Program-made: the position numbers and the translations under genes
The notes under the pieces: generated by a model
Told to the model about the DNA's origin: nothing
The model's input: only the letters and a program-made list of their open reading frames with translations
The model's database searches: none
Source: Octopus sinensis
Taxonomy: Eukaryota
Direction of reading: 5' to 3'
NCBI RefSeq assembly: GCF_006345805.1
Contig: NC_042999.1
Location: 42,098,001 to 42,162,000, forward strand
DNA: 64,000 bases
Part shown: in pieces, positions 26,697 to 41,155 of the stretch
How the letters are laid out: every line of letters begins with the position of its first letter
Position numbering within the stretch: position 1 is the stretch's first letter

Positions 26697-27920
26697 GGCG
26701 ACGAGATGGCAGAAGCGTTAGCACGCCGGGCGAAATGCTTTGCGGTATTTCGTCTGCCGCTACGTTCTGAGCTCAATTCCGCCAAGGTCGACTTTGTTTT
26801 TCATCCTTTTGGGGTCGATAAATTAAGCACCAGTTACGCACTGGGGTCTATGTAGTCGACTTTATTCCTTTGTCTCTCCTTGTTTGTCTCCTCTATGTTT
26901 AACCCTTTGTGGGTAATAAAGAAATAAGAAACGTTAGCACGCCGGGCGAAATGCTTAGCGGTATTTCGTCTGTCGTTACGTTGTGAGTTCAAATTCCGCC
27001 GAGGTCGACTTTGCCTTTCATCCTTTCGGGGTCGATAAATTAAGTACCAGTTACGCACTGGGATCGATGTAATCGACTTAATACCTATGTCTGTCCTTGT
27101 TTGTCCCCTCTGTGTTTAGCCCCTTGTGGGTAATAAAGAAATAGGTATTTCGTCTGTCGTTACGTTCTAGGTTCAAATTCCGCCGAGGTCGACTTTGCCT
27201 TTCATCCTTTCGGGGTCGATAAATTAAGTACCAGTTACGCACTGGGGTCGATGTAATCGACTTAAAACCTATGTCTGTCCTTGTTTGTCTCCTCTGTGTT
27301 TAGCCCCTTGTGGGTAATAAAGAAATAGGTATTTCGTTTGTCTTTACCATTTGAGTTTAAATTCCGGTGAGGTCGACTTTGCCTTTCATCCTTTAAGGGT
27401 CGATAAATTAAGTACCAATTGCATACTGGAGTCGATCTAATCGACTAGTCGCTCCCCTAAAATTTCGGTCCTTGTGCCTGGAGTAGAAAAGAATCGTTAG
27501 CATGCTGCGAAAAATGTTTAACGGTATTTCGTCCGTCTTTACGTCCTAAGTTCAAATTCCACCGAGGTCGACATTCGCTTTCATCCCCTTTTGGGTTTGC
27601 CGGAATATGAAATGAGTAAGGGTTGATCCCTGAGGTCGATGTAATCGACTAGACCCGTCCTCCTCCAAACTTTCAGGCATTTCACCTTTAATAGAGAGGA
27701 GTATTTTATATAAAGGTAGGGAGCTGGCCAAATCGTTAGCGCGTCGGCTAAAAATACTTAAAAGCGTTACCATTTGAGTTCAAATCCCACCGGCGTCAAA
27801 ATGGCCTTTCATTCTATCGGGGCCAATTTAATAGAGTACAAATTATGTACTGGCGTCGAAGGAATAGACTGAACCCTCCCTATAATATTGCTGGCTTTGT
27901 GCTGTAATTATAAAGAATTA
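26697..27920 (+). mobile_element. Tandem array of SINE family A (4 young units plus 2 older tail-2 units)
   Basis: Junction gaaata|agaaacgttagc at ~26927 and gaaata|ggtatttcg at 27144 and 27328; more diverged units run from 27497 to 27920. Confidence 0.9.
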
Positions 27921-28132
27921 TTTACATATGTAAACTACATATATATTTTTGGGTTATTTGAATGTGAAAACACGTGGCGTAGTCGATAGGAAATTTGGCA
28001 TATAATAATTATCTTGTGGGTTCTATTCTTGAATAGTGCGGGGCATGTAAATGCTTCGCGAGTGCCATCTATCACAACAACGTGGCACGTATTCCAAGCG
28101 ATTAGATTAAGTGAGAGCTATTAAAAGACTGT

Positions 28133-28402
28133 TACTTATTCTATGGGTCTTTTTGCCGAACAAATAAGTTGTAGGGACGTAATCAAACCAACGCCGGTTG
28201 TCAAATGGTAGTGGAGGACAAATAAGCACACATACCTATACACGTTCACACACACATATACCCGATGGGCTTCTTTCAGTTTCTGTCTACCAAATCCACT
28301 CACAAAACTTTGGTTGGTTCGAGGCTATATTACAAGGCAATGGAACTGAACCCGGAACCATGTGGTTTCAATGCAAACTTCTTACCATACAACCATGCCT
28401 GC
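28133..28402 (-). mobile_element. SINE family B, degenerate
   Basis: ctttcagtttctgtctaccaaatccactcacaa...actgaacccggaaccatgtgg. Confidence 0.75.
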
Positions 28403-29777
28403 ATTTTGTGTATATATTTATAACATGTACTGGTACACGCTTATATGTGTGTGTGTGAGCATAAACACTATATTGAGAGAGGTAGAGAGAGGGAGAGAGG
28501 GAGAGGGAATAGACATGAAAAGAAAATATATATTGATAGTTGAAAAGTGTATGAGAGTATCCAAGAAGAAGAAGAAGAAGAAGAAGGTGCACAACCGTTT
28601 TTTCCGCAACTGTCTCTATATACTTCATGCATCTGCAAATATTTCTCTGCGTTCGACTATATTTGTTTATTTTGCATCTGTCTCGTACTCGTAGCCACTC
28701 TCCAGGACCTTTTTCTTTAAATACATATGATGAGAGCGTGGAAAACGTCGCCTTATAATAAAATATAATAAAACATTAAAGACAGAAATAACATCACATT
28801 TTCCAAGATCTGCGACAGTTATAACTCATTCTTCAAGACGGAAAAAAAAATTCTCTAAAAAACTGTCCCGACAGAGAATAAACAATAAACATATAAATCA
28901 ATAGAAAAAAATATAGTGAAAAATAAAGTGAAATAAATAAAAGTATCAATTGTCTGAGTTTCTCAATCTTTTATCATGAATCTACTTATTAATTTATGGC
29001 GCTGATCAAGGGAAATAATACATTGTAAGAAAATGGAGCTCTCTATTATTGTTTTTTTTATTTATACCTCTCCCCGACCTATCTACCAACACAACAAAGT
29101 AACGATGTGATATAATTTGGAAATGGAAACGAAGATGTAGTTTTTGTTTTAATGTGTTGTTTGTATGGAATATATTCAGAAGGAGGGAGAGAAGGCGATG
29201 CGTGGGAGAGACATAAAGAGGAGAGAGATGTTAAAAGACAAATGGTGAGGGAACGATTGACTGAGTTTGCTAGAAATTAGGAGAAAGATATGGAGGGAGA
29301 ATAACAAAGAGTGAGAGAGAGACTATACGTGAAAAGTGTGGTGGGGGAGACAAAAGACACTAAGAAAGAGAGAATGGGTGTCAGAGAAAATTATAGACAC
29401 AGAAAGACGTGATTCTGTGATACAGAGAAGGCGAGGGAGATAGAGGTATTTAAGAGGAAGAGTGCGGGAGAAAATAAAAAAAGAAGAGAGGTTTAGAGGG
29501 AAGGCTAGAGAATGAAGAAAAAAGAGAGGAAGGAAAAACCGCTTGAAAAATGCGAGAGAGGGAGAAAGACAACCAGCGAGTGAGAAGTTACAGCAAGAGA
29601 TTCCATCAGATACATGAAAAAAAAAAATTTTTTGGTCCAGGGGTTCAATTTTCAGAGCAAGAAGAAAAATATATTTATTCTATATATTTTATGACTTATA
29701 CAACCCATATGTATTTATTGTGTAAGTACGTTATTAATAAAGTTGTGTGTTTGTGTGTGTGTGCATATATAAACGTA

Positions 29778-29813
<36 letters not shown>

Positions 29814-30662
29814 TGTATGTATGTATGTATGTATGCATGTATGCATGTATGTATGTATATATATAGAGAGAGAAAAATATACATGTATACATACAGTGTA
29901 TGTATGTCTGTATATGCACATATGCACACACGCGCGCACACACAAACACGCGCACGCACTCACACACACGCGCGCGCACACACAAACACGCGCACGCACT
30001 CACACACACACACACGCACGCACTCACACACACCACACACATACACACACGAGGTCACTCTCTAAATTGAGCTGCATCATCCAGGCACTGTATCTTTCAG
30101 ACGAACCAATTTAAATTACCAGGGATCGTCTCACCACGTTAGAAGAACGAAAAAGAATCGAAACATTAAGTAAACATCCATCACCTTTTCACATTTAAAC
30201 AATTCTGATGTGCTTTTCTTTTTTGATTTCGGTAAAGATTCTTCAAACTACTGCAATAATTGCCTTTTTGTGACGAGGTTCCATCACCCATTATAATTCC
30301 TTTTCAGTTCAGCTGAAAGGAATCCTATATTTCCTATATATATATATATATTCCAGAATATTGTGTTTGCACCCACAAAACTGCAGCCGGGGTTAGTGAG
30401 TTTAAAGATGGCAGTGGTACGATGAAATACTTTGACAATCCAACCAAAACGCTGAATGATTGATAAATTAGATAATTATTCAATAAACAATTGGTTCTAA
30501 CATGGGAACAAAGCTAGAAAATGAGGGAAGGTTTGTGGATTTTAACAACCTTAATAACTGATTGGTACTTTGTTCTATGGACATTGAAATTGGCAAGGCC
30601 AAAGTTGAGCTTGGTACGATTTCATATCTGAATGCAGATACAGGGAACATCTAACCCATAGT

Positions 30663-31048
30663 GGTGGAAGCACTCCGTCGGTTACGACGATGAGGGTTCC
30701 GGTTGATCCGCTCAACGGAACAGCCTGCTCGTGAAATTAACGTGTAAGTGGCTGAGCACTCCACAGACACGTGCACCCTTAACGTAGTTCTCGGGGATAT
30801 TCAGCGTGACACAGAGAGTGACATGGCCGGCCCCTTGAATTACAGGTACAACAGAAACAGGAAGTAAGAGTGAGAGAAAGTTGTGGTGAAAGAGTACAGC
30901 AGGGATCACCACCATCCCCTGCCGGAGCCTCGTGGAGCTTTTAGGTGTTTTCGCTCAATAAACACTCACAACGCCCGGTCTGGGAATGGAAACCGCGATC
31001 CTATGACCGCGAGTCCGCTGCCCTAACCACTGGGCCATTGCGCCTCCA
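30663..31048 (-). mobile_element. SINE family C, full length
   Basis: tRNA-like head at 31048 and tail ...cgtcgtaaccgacggagtgcttcca; 12-bp TSD ctaacccatagt (30651-30662 / 31049-31060). Confidence 0.92.
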
Positions 31049-31849
31049 CTAACCCATAGTAACATTTATACCAATCAATCAGCCTTATAGATTAATAATC
31101 ATTTCTACTATAAGCACAAGGACTGGCATTTTATGGGGAAGAGGATAGTTGATAACATCGACCCTAATACTTAACTAGTACTTATTTCATCGACCCCGAA
31201 ATAAGAAAAGGTAAATTTAACATCGGCGGAATTTGAACTTAGGACGTAAAATCAGACGCAATGATGTTAAGCATTTCGACCAGAATACAAACGAGTCTGC
31301 CATCTCGCCCCATTTATTAGTTAACTAATGGTAATAAAAGAACTACAACATGTGTACATGATTATTCTTGGCAGCATGACTCTTAATTACTTTGCCTCCT
31401 TCAAGTACGCAAATTCAACTCTCAAAAATTCTGGCGAAAGAACTTCAAAGATAAAGGCTGTGTGTGTGTTTGTGTGTGTGTGTGTGCGTGCGCGGGTATG
31501 TGTTGTGTGCATGTGTATGGTTGTGTGTGTGTATGTCAGTAGGTAGTAGGTAGATAGATACATACACATATACGCACATACATGTACACACCTATAAATA
31601 AACACATATGTACATCTACATATATCTGCATATACACGTACACATATACATATAAACATATAAGCCACTAATTGCTTTGGAGATGCTGCTCGACGTAAGT
31701 CGTTCTATAATATGCCTTTTGTCTCTAAGTAATCTTCAGACTTTGAGCACATGATCTATTCAGTTTGTGACTCATACAAATCACGAGAAAAACAAGAAGG
31801 TAGATACAAAATTTGAATGGTAAAAAAATTGGAAAAGGAGAAGAAAAAA

Positions 31850-34800
31850 AGAGTTATGTCCCGTTTGATTGAAAGGCCATAATTTAAGCTGGTTTTTGTA
31901 GAATAATTTCAGTAGCACTGCCAACATAGGCAGAATAGAGTATTGACTTTTAAGCCGTTAATATATTTGGTATTTATTCCGGAAGGAAGCAATTAATACC
32001 AGATATTCAGCACGCACTTCATGATTTTTCGACATACAGAAAACATGTAGCGTATTTCAAGATATATGTATATCTTGCTTAATTCAAATTCGTTGGCACT
32101 CTTGACTTTCAAGCGTGATACTAGTCGTAAACCATTTTGAATATGAATGACAGAAATTGATTGTTATTACCGTAAGGTGGACATCGATTGAGTGAGGATG
32201 GTCACGTTGTGTCGTGGTTTGACGTTAGTATATGGGTGACACTCAGTTGGAAAATAACGCACGGTGAACAGGAAATTGACCACGCGGAGGACAGGAAATA
32301 GACCACGTGGCTGATAGGAAATCAGCCAGGTTGTTGAGAGGGAAGCAGGAAGGGGTGGCATGTGCAAGTATTCACTTCTATATGGTTTTGTGCGTATGTG
32401 TGTATTGATGCGAGCACGCGCATCTGTACATGGGCGTGCACGTGCGCGTCTGCACACACACATATACTTGCGCGCACATGCACGCGCTCACACGAACACA
32501 TACACGTGCATACGCACAGTACACACACATTCAGGCATACACGCATACACACATGCGTATTCATTTATATGTTCACATATATATTCGCATGCATGTAAGC
32601 ATGCATACCAGTATGCACGCGCACACACGTCTGCGTGTGCACATATGCATTTGCGCGCACGTGCATTAGTATACATGCGGAAAACAAACGTTGGGAGTTG
32701 GTAAGCGCTGGGGATTGGTATGTGTTGGGGGCTGGTAAAAGTTGGGGATTGGTAAACGTTGGGGATTGGTAATAGGTGGTGCTGCTCATAGGGTTCGTTG
32801 GTAGCGGTGACCTTGGTGGAGGCGGTGGAGAGCAGAAGCTGGTGCTAAGGTGGTATATACTCTGTTCAGCCTATATTGGCAGTGCTCGTCAAATTCTTCT
32901 ACAGCAACCAGCTTAGATTTTGGCTTTACAAACAAAGGGAACAAAACCCTAACAGTCTTTTCTTTTCTTTCTCCAGTATTTTCACCCTTCAAATTTTGAA
33001 CCTACTTTCCCGTTTTCCTCGTAATTCCTCTAAAGCAACCTATAAGTTTCCACCAACGTAGCTAGGGACTTCTTCTCGCTAATTAAGAAACACTTCCCGT
33101 GAGGCCATAAGTATTAAAACTCCTCAACCCCCATAATGTCAAGGTGAGCTACTCCTGCTCAGACAACATCACATCTAACATCACGCACATCAACAGACGT
33201 AAATGTGCACGCACACCACACCCAAACTCCAACTTGCAACTTCCGAAGCCCCACCGTGTGCCATCTAGAAGGATCTTGCCTCTCAAAGGCTATGGTATAG
33301 AAAGCCACCATTAAACAATCTGATGGGATTACTAGGCACTATACGAGTATGACAGCTAATGGCTTAAAGGGAAGATACTCTCAGCATACGCACTCGTTCA
33401 AATCTAGGGACAGAGAAAAGTCTACTTTTGTGACTCGCTTTCTCTAGAGATTCTGTGATCTCCGAGATGAAATACCCAGTATCAAATGGACTATTGTCAA
33501 CAGAACGCAACCATATTCACCCGGCGTCTCCAACTGCCGACTCTGCTTCCTTCAAAATGAAATATTATTTATCGTATTGCTGTCACCGGAGGTATGCCTA
33601 ACTGGCAAATTTCAGGCCTCTGACTGCCGACAACCTGGATATACTACCTTAGCACCAATTGCTATTCTGCACCGCCTGCATCAATTTCACCGCTACTAAC
33701 CAGCCCCATGAACAGGACCACCAATTACCAATTCCGAACGGTTTCCAATCTCTAACGCATACCATTCCTCAACGCTTGCCAATTCCCATCGTTTACCAAC
33801 CTTCAAAGCTTGGTTTGCGCGTGTATATTCACGCACGCGCGGACCTAAATCTGCATGAGCAGGCGCATGCGTGTGTGCGCGTGCGCTGGTATGCATGCGT
33901 ACATGCATGCGAATATACATATGTACATATGAATGAAGGGGCATGTGTTTGCGTGTGTGCGTATGTTTGTGTATATGTGCGTATTCGCGCGTATGCGTGT
34001 GCGTGTGCACGCGTGCATGTTCGTCCAAGTGTCGGTGCGTTACGCGCGTATGTGTGCAGATGTGCGAGTGCGCGCCCATGTACAGATGCGCACGCTCACA
34101 TTAATACATACTTGCTCGCAAAACCATATGAGCGCTTCTACACACCCACATATAGAAGTATATACTTGCACATGCCACCCCTTCCTACTTCCCTCTCAGC
34201 AACCTGACCGATTTCCTATCCGCCACGTGGTCTATTTCCTGTCCTCCGCGTGGTCAATTTCCTGTTCATCGTGCACCATTTTCAAACTAGCTGTTAACCA
34301 TATACTAACGTCAAACCACGAAACCACGTGACTTTCCTCGGCCAATCGCAGCCTACCTTACCGTAATAACAATCAGCATTTGTCATTCAAATTTAAAATG
34401 CCTGACGAGTTACAGCGAATCTAAATCACACTGTTTTGATCCATACATGTAACTCACAATAAATCTTTCGATTGCCCTTCTTTCGTTTCTCCACTCACTC
34501 CTATATTTATACTCACACACATACACACACACACACACCACATATAGCATGACGCACCTCATCTTGTTATGGTTACGTACATCTGCATGAGGAAGAGTAT
34601 TAGAACTTAGCTTTTTTTCATGTACTGACAAATTTATACGAGTGTGCATGTATAAATATATTAACTGCTGCCCATATACCGACATCAAACCACGACACCG
34701 CCTGACCTTCCTCGACCCTTCGCAGTCCACCTTAATGTAATAACAATCAACTTCCGTCATTCAAAATTCAAAATGGCTGACGACTAGTATCACGCTTGAA

Positions 34801-34990
34801 ACTCAAGAGTACCAACTATTTTGATCCATATATGTAAAAGACTGTAATAAACAATTTTCTTTGGATTGGAAAATTTTATCAAAATCATTTCCCTATGATA
34901 AAGCGAAATCCTTCTGCCTCCTTTGTACGGACGAACAATTAATAATCCTTTTACCAAACACACATACTGGTCGACACCTATAAAGTGTTT
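31850..34990. mobile_element. Penelope-like element cluster: GIY-YIG remnant flanked by ~780-bp inverted pLTR-like arms
   Basis: 33046-33570 (+) translates, with stops, to VSTNVARDFFSLIKKHFP, LNPHNVKVSYSCSDNI, CHLEGSCLSKAMV*KATI, HYTSMTANGLKGRYSQHTHSFKS and IKWTIVNRTQPYSPGVSNCRLC. 32083-32858 is inverted relative to 33639-34440. A second C-terminal piece WKILSKSFPYDKAKSFCLLCTDEQLIIL lies at 34840-34980. Confidence 0.82.
34767..34824 (+). ncRNA. Hammerhead-like motif in the Penelope-like arm (tentative)
   Basis: tcaaaatgg CTGACGA ctagtatcacgctt GAAA ctc-aa-gag TA ccaactattttga. Core and stem III are present; stem II is poor and stem I is bulged. Confidence 0.4.
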
Positions 34991-35732
34991 ATAGGTATTT
35001 ACACTGGAAAAACACACTTTCGGGTTTTTCAAATAATATCTGCCCCTTACCTAATAATATCAGCAACTTAATCTTCATTCTTTCATCCCATACTTCCTAT
35101 TCTTTCCTTCATATTTTCTATCTATCTGTCATTCACTTTTTATTTGTTTATACCTCCATTTCTCCTTTAACTCTCTCTCTCACTTTCTCCCTTCCTTCTC
35201 ATCTTCTCTTGATCTATGACGTCAAATTACCTTACTGTATTTTAAAATTACTAGCATTCCCTATACACCTTTGTTTTCCATATGTGTGTGTGTGTGCATT
35301 TAAACATGTGTGTGTGTTAAATATTTTGGTTTCTTACATCTGTTAAATTGACTTACTGATAAATACTGTTGTTTATATCCTCCCTGATGGGATTGATGCA
35401 TTTTTCCACATTATTCTTCCTCAGATTTATCTTAATGCATACATATGTGGGTGATATGGTGATATAAAAGATTTAAATAACATCGTGTCTCCATTCTCCA
35501 TCATTCTTATGTGACATCTGGCTACCTAGTAACTGTTCCTCTGGATTTCTCCTTGTAAATTGAACCTTCATATATATATATATATATATATATATAGATT
35601 GATACGAAGAGAGACAGAGAGAGACATATATGTCTCTGAGTGCATGTGTCTGTATACACACTTATAAATACAAACATGTATACATATATATATATATATA
35701 TACATAAACATGTGCATATACATATAGATGTA

Positions 35733-36618
35733 CAAGTTGTTTCAAAAACTTTGATATCATTTTGCAATCTTATAACTTTGTCGGTTCTAGTGCAAATAAC
35801 TTCGAATTTTAACAGCTTGTGTAGAGACACGTCAAAATCTTATCTTTAATGTTTGGTATGTTTATCGTTTCAGGTATAGAAATGGCGTTCACTGAAAGAG
35901 AAAAGGTGTTTTGTCTTTTGGAATATGCTTGAACACAATCGAAGAAGATTGTGCAGCGTCCATTTGTGAGAGAGTTATCTAAAAAGTCACCAACGGCAAT
36001 GCAGATTTGGACATGGCAAAATATTTAGACATGTGTGTCCAGGGCAAAATGATCTGGACGGCCACTAACATCAGAAGAGACGTTGGAGCGGATTCACGAA
36101 AAACTCTTGCGAAGCACCAAGAAGTCCATAAGAAGAACATGTCTGGAAACCCAGATTCCTCCAACGACAGCTTTCTGAGAAAGCACTTGCTAATGAAACC
36201 TTACAAGCTGCAGCTCCTTCAGGCCATAACGGCAGATGACAAATGAAAGCACAAACAATTCTGTGTTGATATGCAAGAGAAATTGAAGAAGCCCAGTTTA
36301 AGGACCGTTTTGTTTTCAGTGATGAGGCCACATTTCATACGAATGGCAAAATCAATAAGCATAATGTTCGCATTTGGGTTGAAGAGAATCCCATTGCAAC
36401 AGTTGAAAATGAGAGGGACTCACCAAAAGTGAATGTGTTCTGTACCATTTCCAAGAAATCGTTCATGGAATCACATACTTTTGAATTTCTCATTCAAATT
36501 TGGAGGAATAACTCTTAGGTTGCTCAACATTAAGCCTGTTTAGTTTCAATTACTTTGACAATGTAGTTTCTGTGATATTTACATCTCAAATGATATGAAA
36601 TTTTTGAAACACCCCGTG
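35733..36618 (+). mobile_element. Internally deleted Tc1/mariner relic (DUF4817-type HTH N-terminus)
   Basis: TIRs ...gtttcaaaaactttgatatcattt / aaatgatatgaaatttttgaaacaccccgtg with TA. Reads MAFTEREKVFCLLEYA*TQSKKIVQRPF, then FSDEATFHTNGKINKHNVRIW and RDSPKVNVFC. Confidence 0.85.
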
Positions 36619-36637
36619 TATATATATATATATATAT

Positions 36638-36684
<47 letters not shown>

Positions 36685-37117
36685 CAGAGAGAGAAAGAGA
36701 CAGACAGACAGACAGACAGACAGAGAGACAGACGGATAGACAGGCAGGCAGGCAGACAGACAGATAGATCACATCACACCACACTACACTACACCATCCA
36801 TACAGCATTACACATCACATCACAATACACCACCCACAGCACTCCGCCCACACACCCATCTCCACACCCACACATACATACACACACACGTCCAGACCAC
36901 CAGCCCTCTTTCACACGCACATACATACTCTCTTATACACACACGCACCTTTGTGTTGGGGGCACTTTCGTATTGGAAGTCACTTGACCCTGTTGTTATC
37001 TCCTATACTGACCCTCTCGCGTCTGACCATTGTCCGAAGTCAGGACGCCATGATAGATCGTTAGCTCCTACACGCATTTTTTCTCTGCTTGTTTCTCTCC
37101 TTGTTTTTTTCTCTGTA

Positions 37118-37155
37118 TCCTTCTGTCGAAGAGCGTAGGATCGAAACGTAAAAGA
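37118..37155 (+). ncRNA. Minimal type I hammerhead-like fold, variant core
   Basis: tcctt CTGTCGA a GAGC gtag GATC GAAA CGT A aaaga; homologous to 45260-45294 and 47844-47879. Confidence 0.45.
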
Positions 37156-37739
37156 CTTTTTCTATTTCTATTCCTGAGCGCTATACTAATACATTTGTTT
37201 GTTTGTACTCCACCTGCCTTCGTCTTTTGTTTATTTTCGTAAACTTTCCCTTTATATATATATATAAGACAAAGTATAAAGAACGGTCCTTTACTCAAAT
37301 AAAGACAAATATATAATGACCATTATTTATCTCTTGTCATATATCCCTCAGTGCAAAAACGAGTTCGATTGGAGCCAACCACGGTTTTACAATATTGTGA
37401 TCAGCCATAAACTCGCATTAGTTCTCAGTTAATAAAACTGTTCTGAGATATTTATCTATATATTTTCATCAATTTTACCTTAGCCATTGCAGTGCCGTGA
37501 TCATTATAACAACTGCTATATTATTATTAATATTACTACTAAATTTGTTATTATAACTTCTCCCATTACTACCAACACTGTTACTATTAAAATGAATACT
37601 AATAACAACACTAGAACAACATTTATTTCTTGTTTTGATTTCATATTTAATAATTTTGGCGTATATGCAATACACGCACACAGGAGTATACTTGAGAAAA
37701 ATGATGAATTAAATTACCGAGTATATGAAGAATATTAAC

Positions 37740-37917
37740 ACACATACACACATATGCATGTATACATATACATACATACATATACATATATATACATACA
37801 TACATACGTATATTTATATATATAGATATATATAGACATATATAGAGACATTACATTACACATATAACTACATATGCACATATATATACATTTACACACA
37901 TATATATATACATATAT

Positions 37918-37981
<64 letters not shown>

Positions 37982-38295
37982 GAGACATTACGTTACACAT
38001 ATAAATACATATACATATATATATATACATTTACACATATATATACATATACATATATATATATGTATGTGTGTATACGTATATACGTTAGTATATACAT
38101 ACGTACATATATGAATATATGCACGTATGTATATATATATATATGTAAATATAAATATACGTATACAAATGTATATATATATAATATAAATATATTATAT
38201 ATATGTATATATACATATGCATATATATATATAATATATATATATAAATATAAATAAATATATATATAAATATATATATATATATAATATATATA
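37740..38295. repeat. Degenerate (TA)n/(TACA)n tract
   Basis: Directly visible. Confidence 0.95.
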
Positions 38296-38506
38296 TCAGA
38301 ATGCAGAATTGCTATTGTTGCTGTCTTTGCTGTTATTATTATTGTTATTTTAAATTAAATGAAATTACAGACTATTTCTAGAATGTTTTATTATTCTACA
38401 TGACTGCTTGCTAAGATTCTAACAACTTATGCTTGATGTTATAAAACAGGTGAGGCAAATTAGATACAATTTTAACAACTAAATTACAAAATAATAGCAA
38501 CAACAC

Positions 38507-38546
<40 letters not shown>

Positions 38547-40697
38547 TACCAATAAATAAATAAAATGTTTTGCTATCTTATCCTATCCTCTATAAACAAA
38601 TGTAGATTTTTTTTTATTTTGTATCTATCAAATTTTGTTGTATGTCATTATAAATATATTTTTATCTTACTGTTATTTATAAATTTTATCTCATTTTATT
38701 ATATTAAGTTTACTCCGATTTAATTTCAAGTTATTTATTTTAAGATTATCGTTTGGACTGTAGAACAATTTGAATGCGTTTACAGAAGAATATAGTTTAC
38801 TTTTATGAAACACAACAGAACTATAATTCATTTGTAACTCTTATTTGCTGCTTATTCGTGTCTCTATATTTCCATGTGTTTGGAGTTTTTATTGAAATGC
38901 GTTCATCTGAGCTTTCTTGTCTGCATTCAATTTTATTTAGTCTAAATGAATTATCTATGTATACATACATACCTGCATACACACACACATATATATATAC
39001 ATATATAAAGTCACGCATACAGATGCATATATACACATATGTGCAGTTATGTATGTATTTACATGGCTGATGTCTGTAAATGTATATTAAAAAGTGAAGA
39101 TATTAACGATTTTGAGTTTCGAATCACTATCCGATGGCTTTCCTTCCAGATCGCATTACCAACGGACATCCACGGAAGTGGCTGACTACTTCCGACAAGT
39201 AAGAGCATGCGTGGAAGAAGTTATATTATTAAAATGTATGTTATTAGAATAATGTCGTGTTGTGTATGTACTTTTGTACTGGAGATGTCTTCACTTTTTT
39301 AGTAAAACCTCATTTATCTAAATATCATATACGCAATATACCAGTTCATGTGTCGCAAGCATGTACACACACAGACACACACACATACGCACGCACACAT
39401 ACACACACACACAAACATGCACACGTACACACGTTCATACACATACACACTCATATATATTTTCTCATATACGTAAAATTTGAGGGTGAAGTGTGTACTC
39501 GGTTCTAGAGAATGATTTTCTCTTCAAACATAAAGACGCCGAAAATCTCTCTTGGTATTTGGGCATAAGCCCGAAAATCGAGAATTATAATAATTCTCTT
39601 TTTGGTGGTGCAATGTCTGCATCTCTTGCTACCATTCGCGTACAGTTTACATTATTTCAGCAATTTTCAAGTTGGTATAATATGTTGCGTCTTTCTATTT
39701 CAACTACCTGAAGCAGCTTGCGAGTTTTGCAATATCTCACCTCTCGATGTCTTTGACTATGGAGATGTGACAATAAAATCGTTTTTCTTTTTACTTTCTT
39801 TTCTTTTTTTTCTTTTTTCTTTTTTTTTTTTTGAAAGCTCCCTCTGCCAGACTGATGTAATGTTTCAGTTCAGGTTGGCGTTGTGGTTCGCGTCTGCGAA
39901 TTCACCAACCGCATTTACAATGGTTTCTATATTGTGGAACCCAAATAGGCTGCTATATTGCAATGTTTCTGCACGAACATCCAGCAAGATTAGATGCAAG
40001 TGTGGAGTCCATGACATATAATTTACTTACTTACGCATGCAGGTAATGTTATCTTAACAGTATATTTATTAAGCAATTGTTTATATTTAGGAGAAAATGG
40101 CAAACGATTAACTATAAATCTAAGGTAGGTTTTATCTATATTAGATTTAATATTGCCCGAGGAAGAGATATAAACCAAGTTCTTTTCTCTTTGCTGGGTT
40201 CAAACTCGAATAGGAAGTAATTTTATTCTTGAACGCGCTTTCGTTAAAATGTATCATAATAATGGTTCGCCTTAGGGAAGATTACTAGAAATGTAAATTT
40301 GAAATTATCCTGTTGCCTTTTATGAGATTTTTAAAGCTCAAAGTAGTGCGAATTAACGTATAAACTGTATTAACGTAGGTGAGTTCTGGCTGAGATCTAG
40401 AGTAACTGTTACAAGATTGGGATATATGGCCGAAATCACTCTTTATTACTTTATCTAACACGTGCCCATTTTTGTGACTGGATATGGCCAAACCATTGCT
40501 TCTGTACATAACAAAGCAAGCAAGCGAGGCGTTTTCTTTTCATGCAGACAGGAGAAACGAAGATGAGAGACGATGCAGAAAAATAAACGGAGATTATGAA
40601 AGGAGCACAACGTCTCAAAATATCAATATGGAACATTAAGCAATTCTTCAGTTTACTAGGGCATGTCACGTGGGTGACATTTTGGAAAACTTCACAA

Positions 40698-40848
40698 GCG
40701 TGGCTGTGCGTAAGAAGCTTGTTTCTCAACCACATATTTCAGGGTTCAGTGCCACTGCGTGAAAGCTTGGGCAAATGTCTTCTACTATAGCCTCGAACCG
40801 ACCACAGCCTTGTGAGTGGATTTGGTAGATGGAAACTGAAAGTCCATC

Positions 40849-40927
<79 letters not shown>

Positions 40928-41155
40928 TGTCTTTGTGTCTGTGTTTGTACACCACCATCGCTGCACAACCGATGTTGGTATGTTTACATCCCTGTAATAT
41001 AGCAGTTCGGAAAATGAGACCGATAGAATAAGTACTACGCTTCCAAAAGATAAGTTCTGGGATCAATTTCTTCGACTAAAATAAACCCTTCTGTGTGGTG
41101 CTCCAGCATGACCGCAATCAAATGACTAAAACAGGTAAAAGTATAAGAGAATACA
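40698..41155 (+). mobile_element. SINE family B with long internal (TA)n
   Basis: Family B head and tail; shares private variants with 42092-42523. Confidence 0.85.

Noticed and set aside
39560-40030. Possible Tc1 transposase relic or exon (ORF 39602-40021)
   Set aside because: No clear catalytic motif or TIR, and the ORF runs through a poly-T tract.
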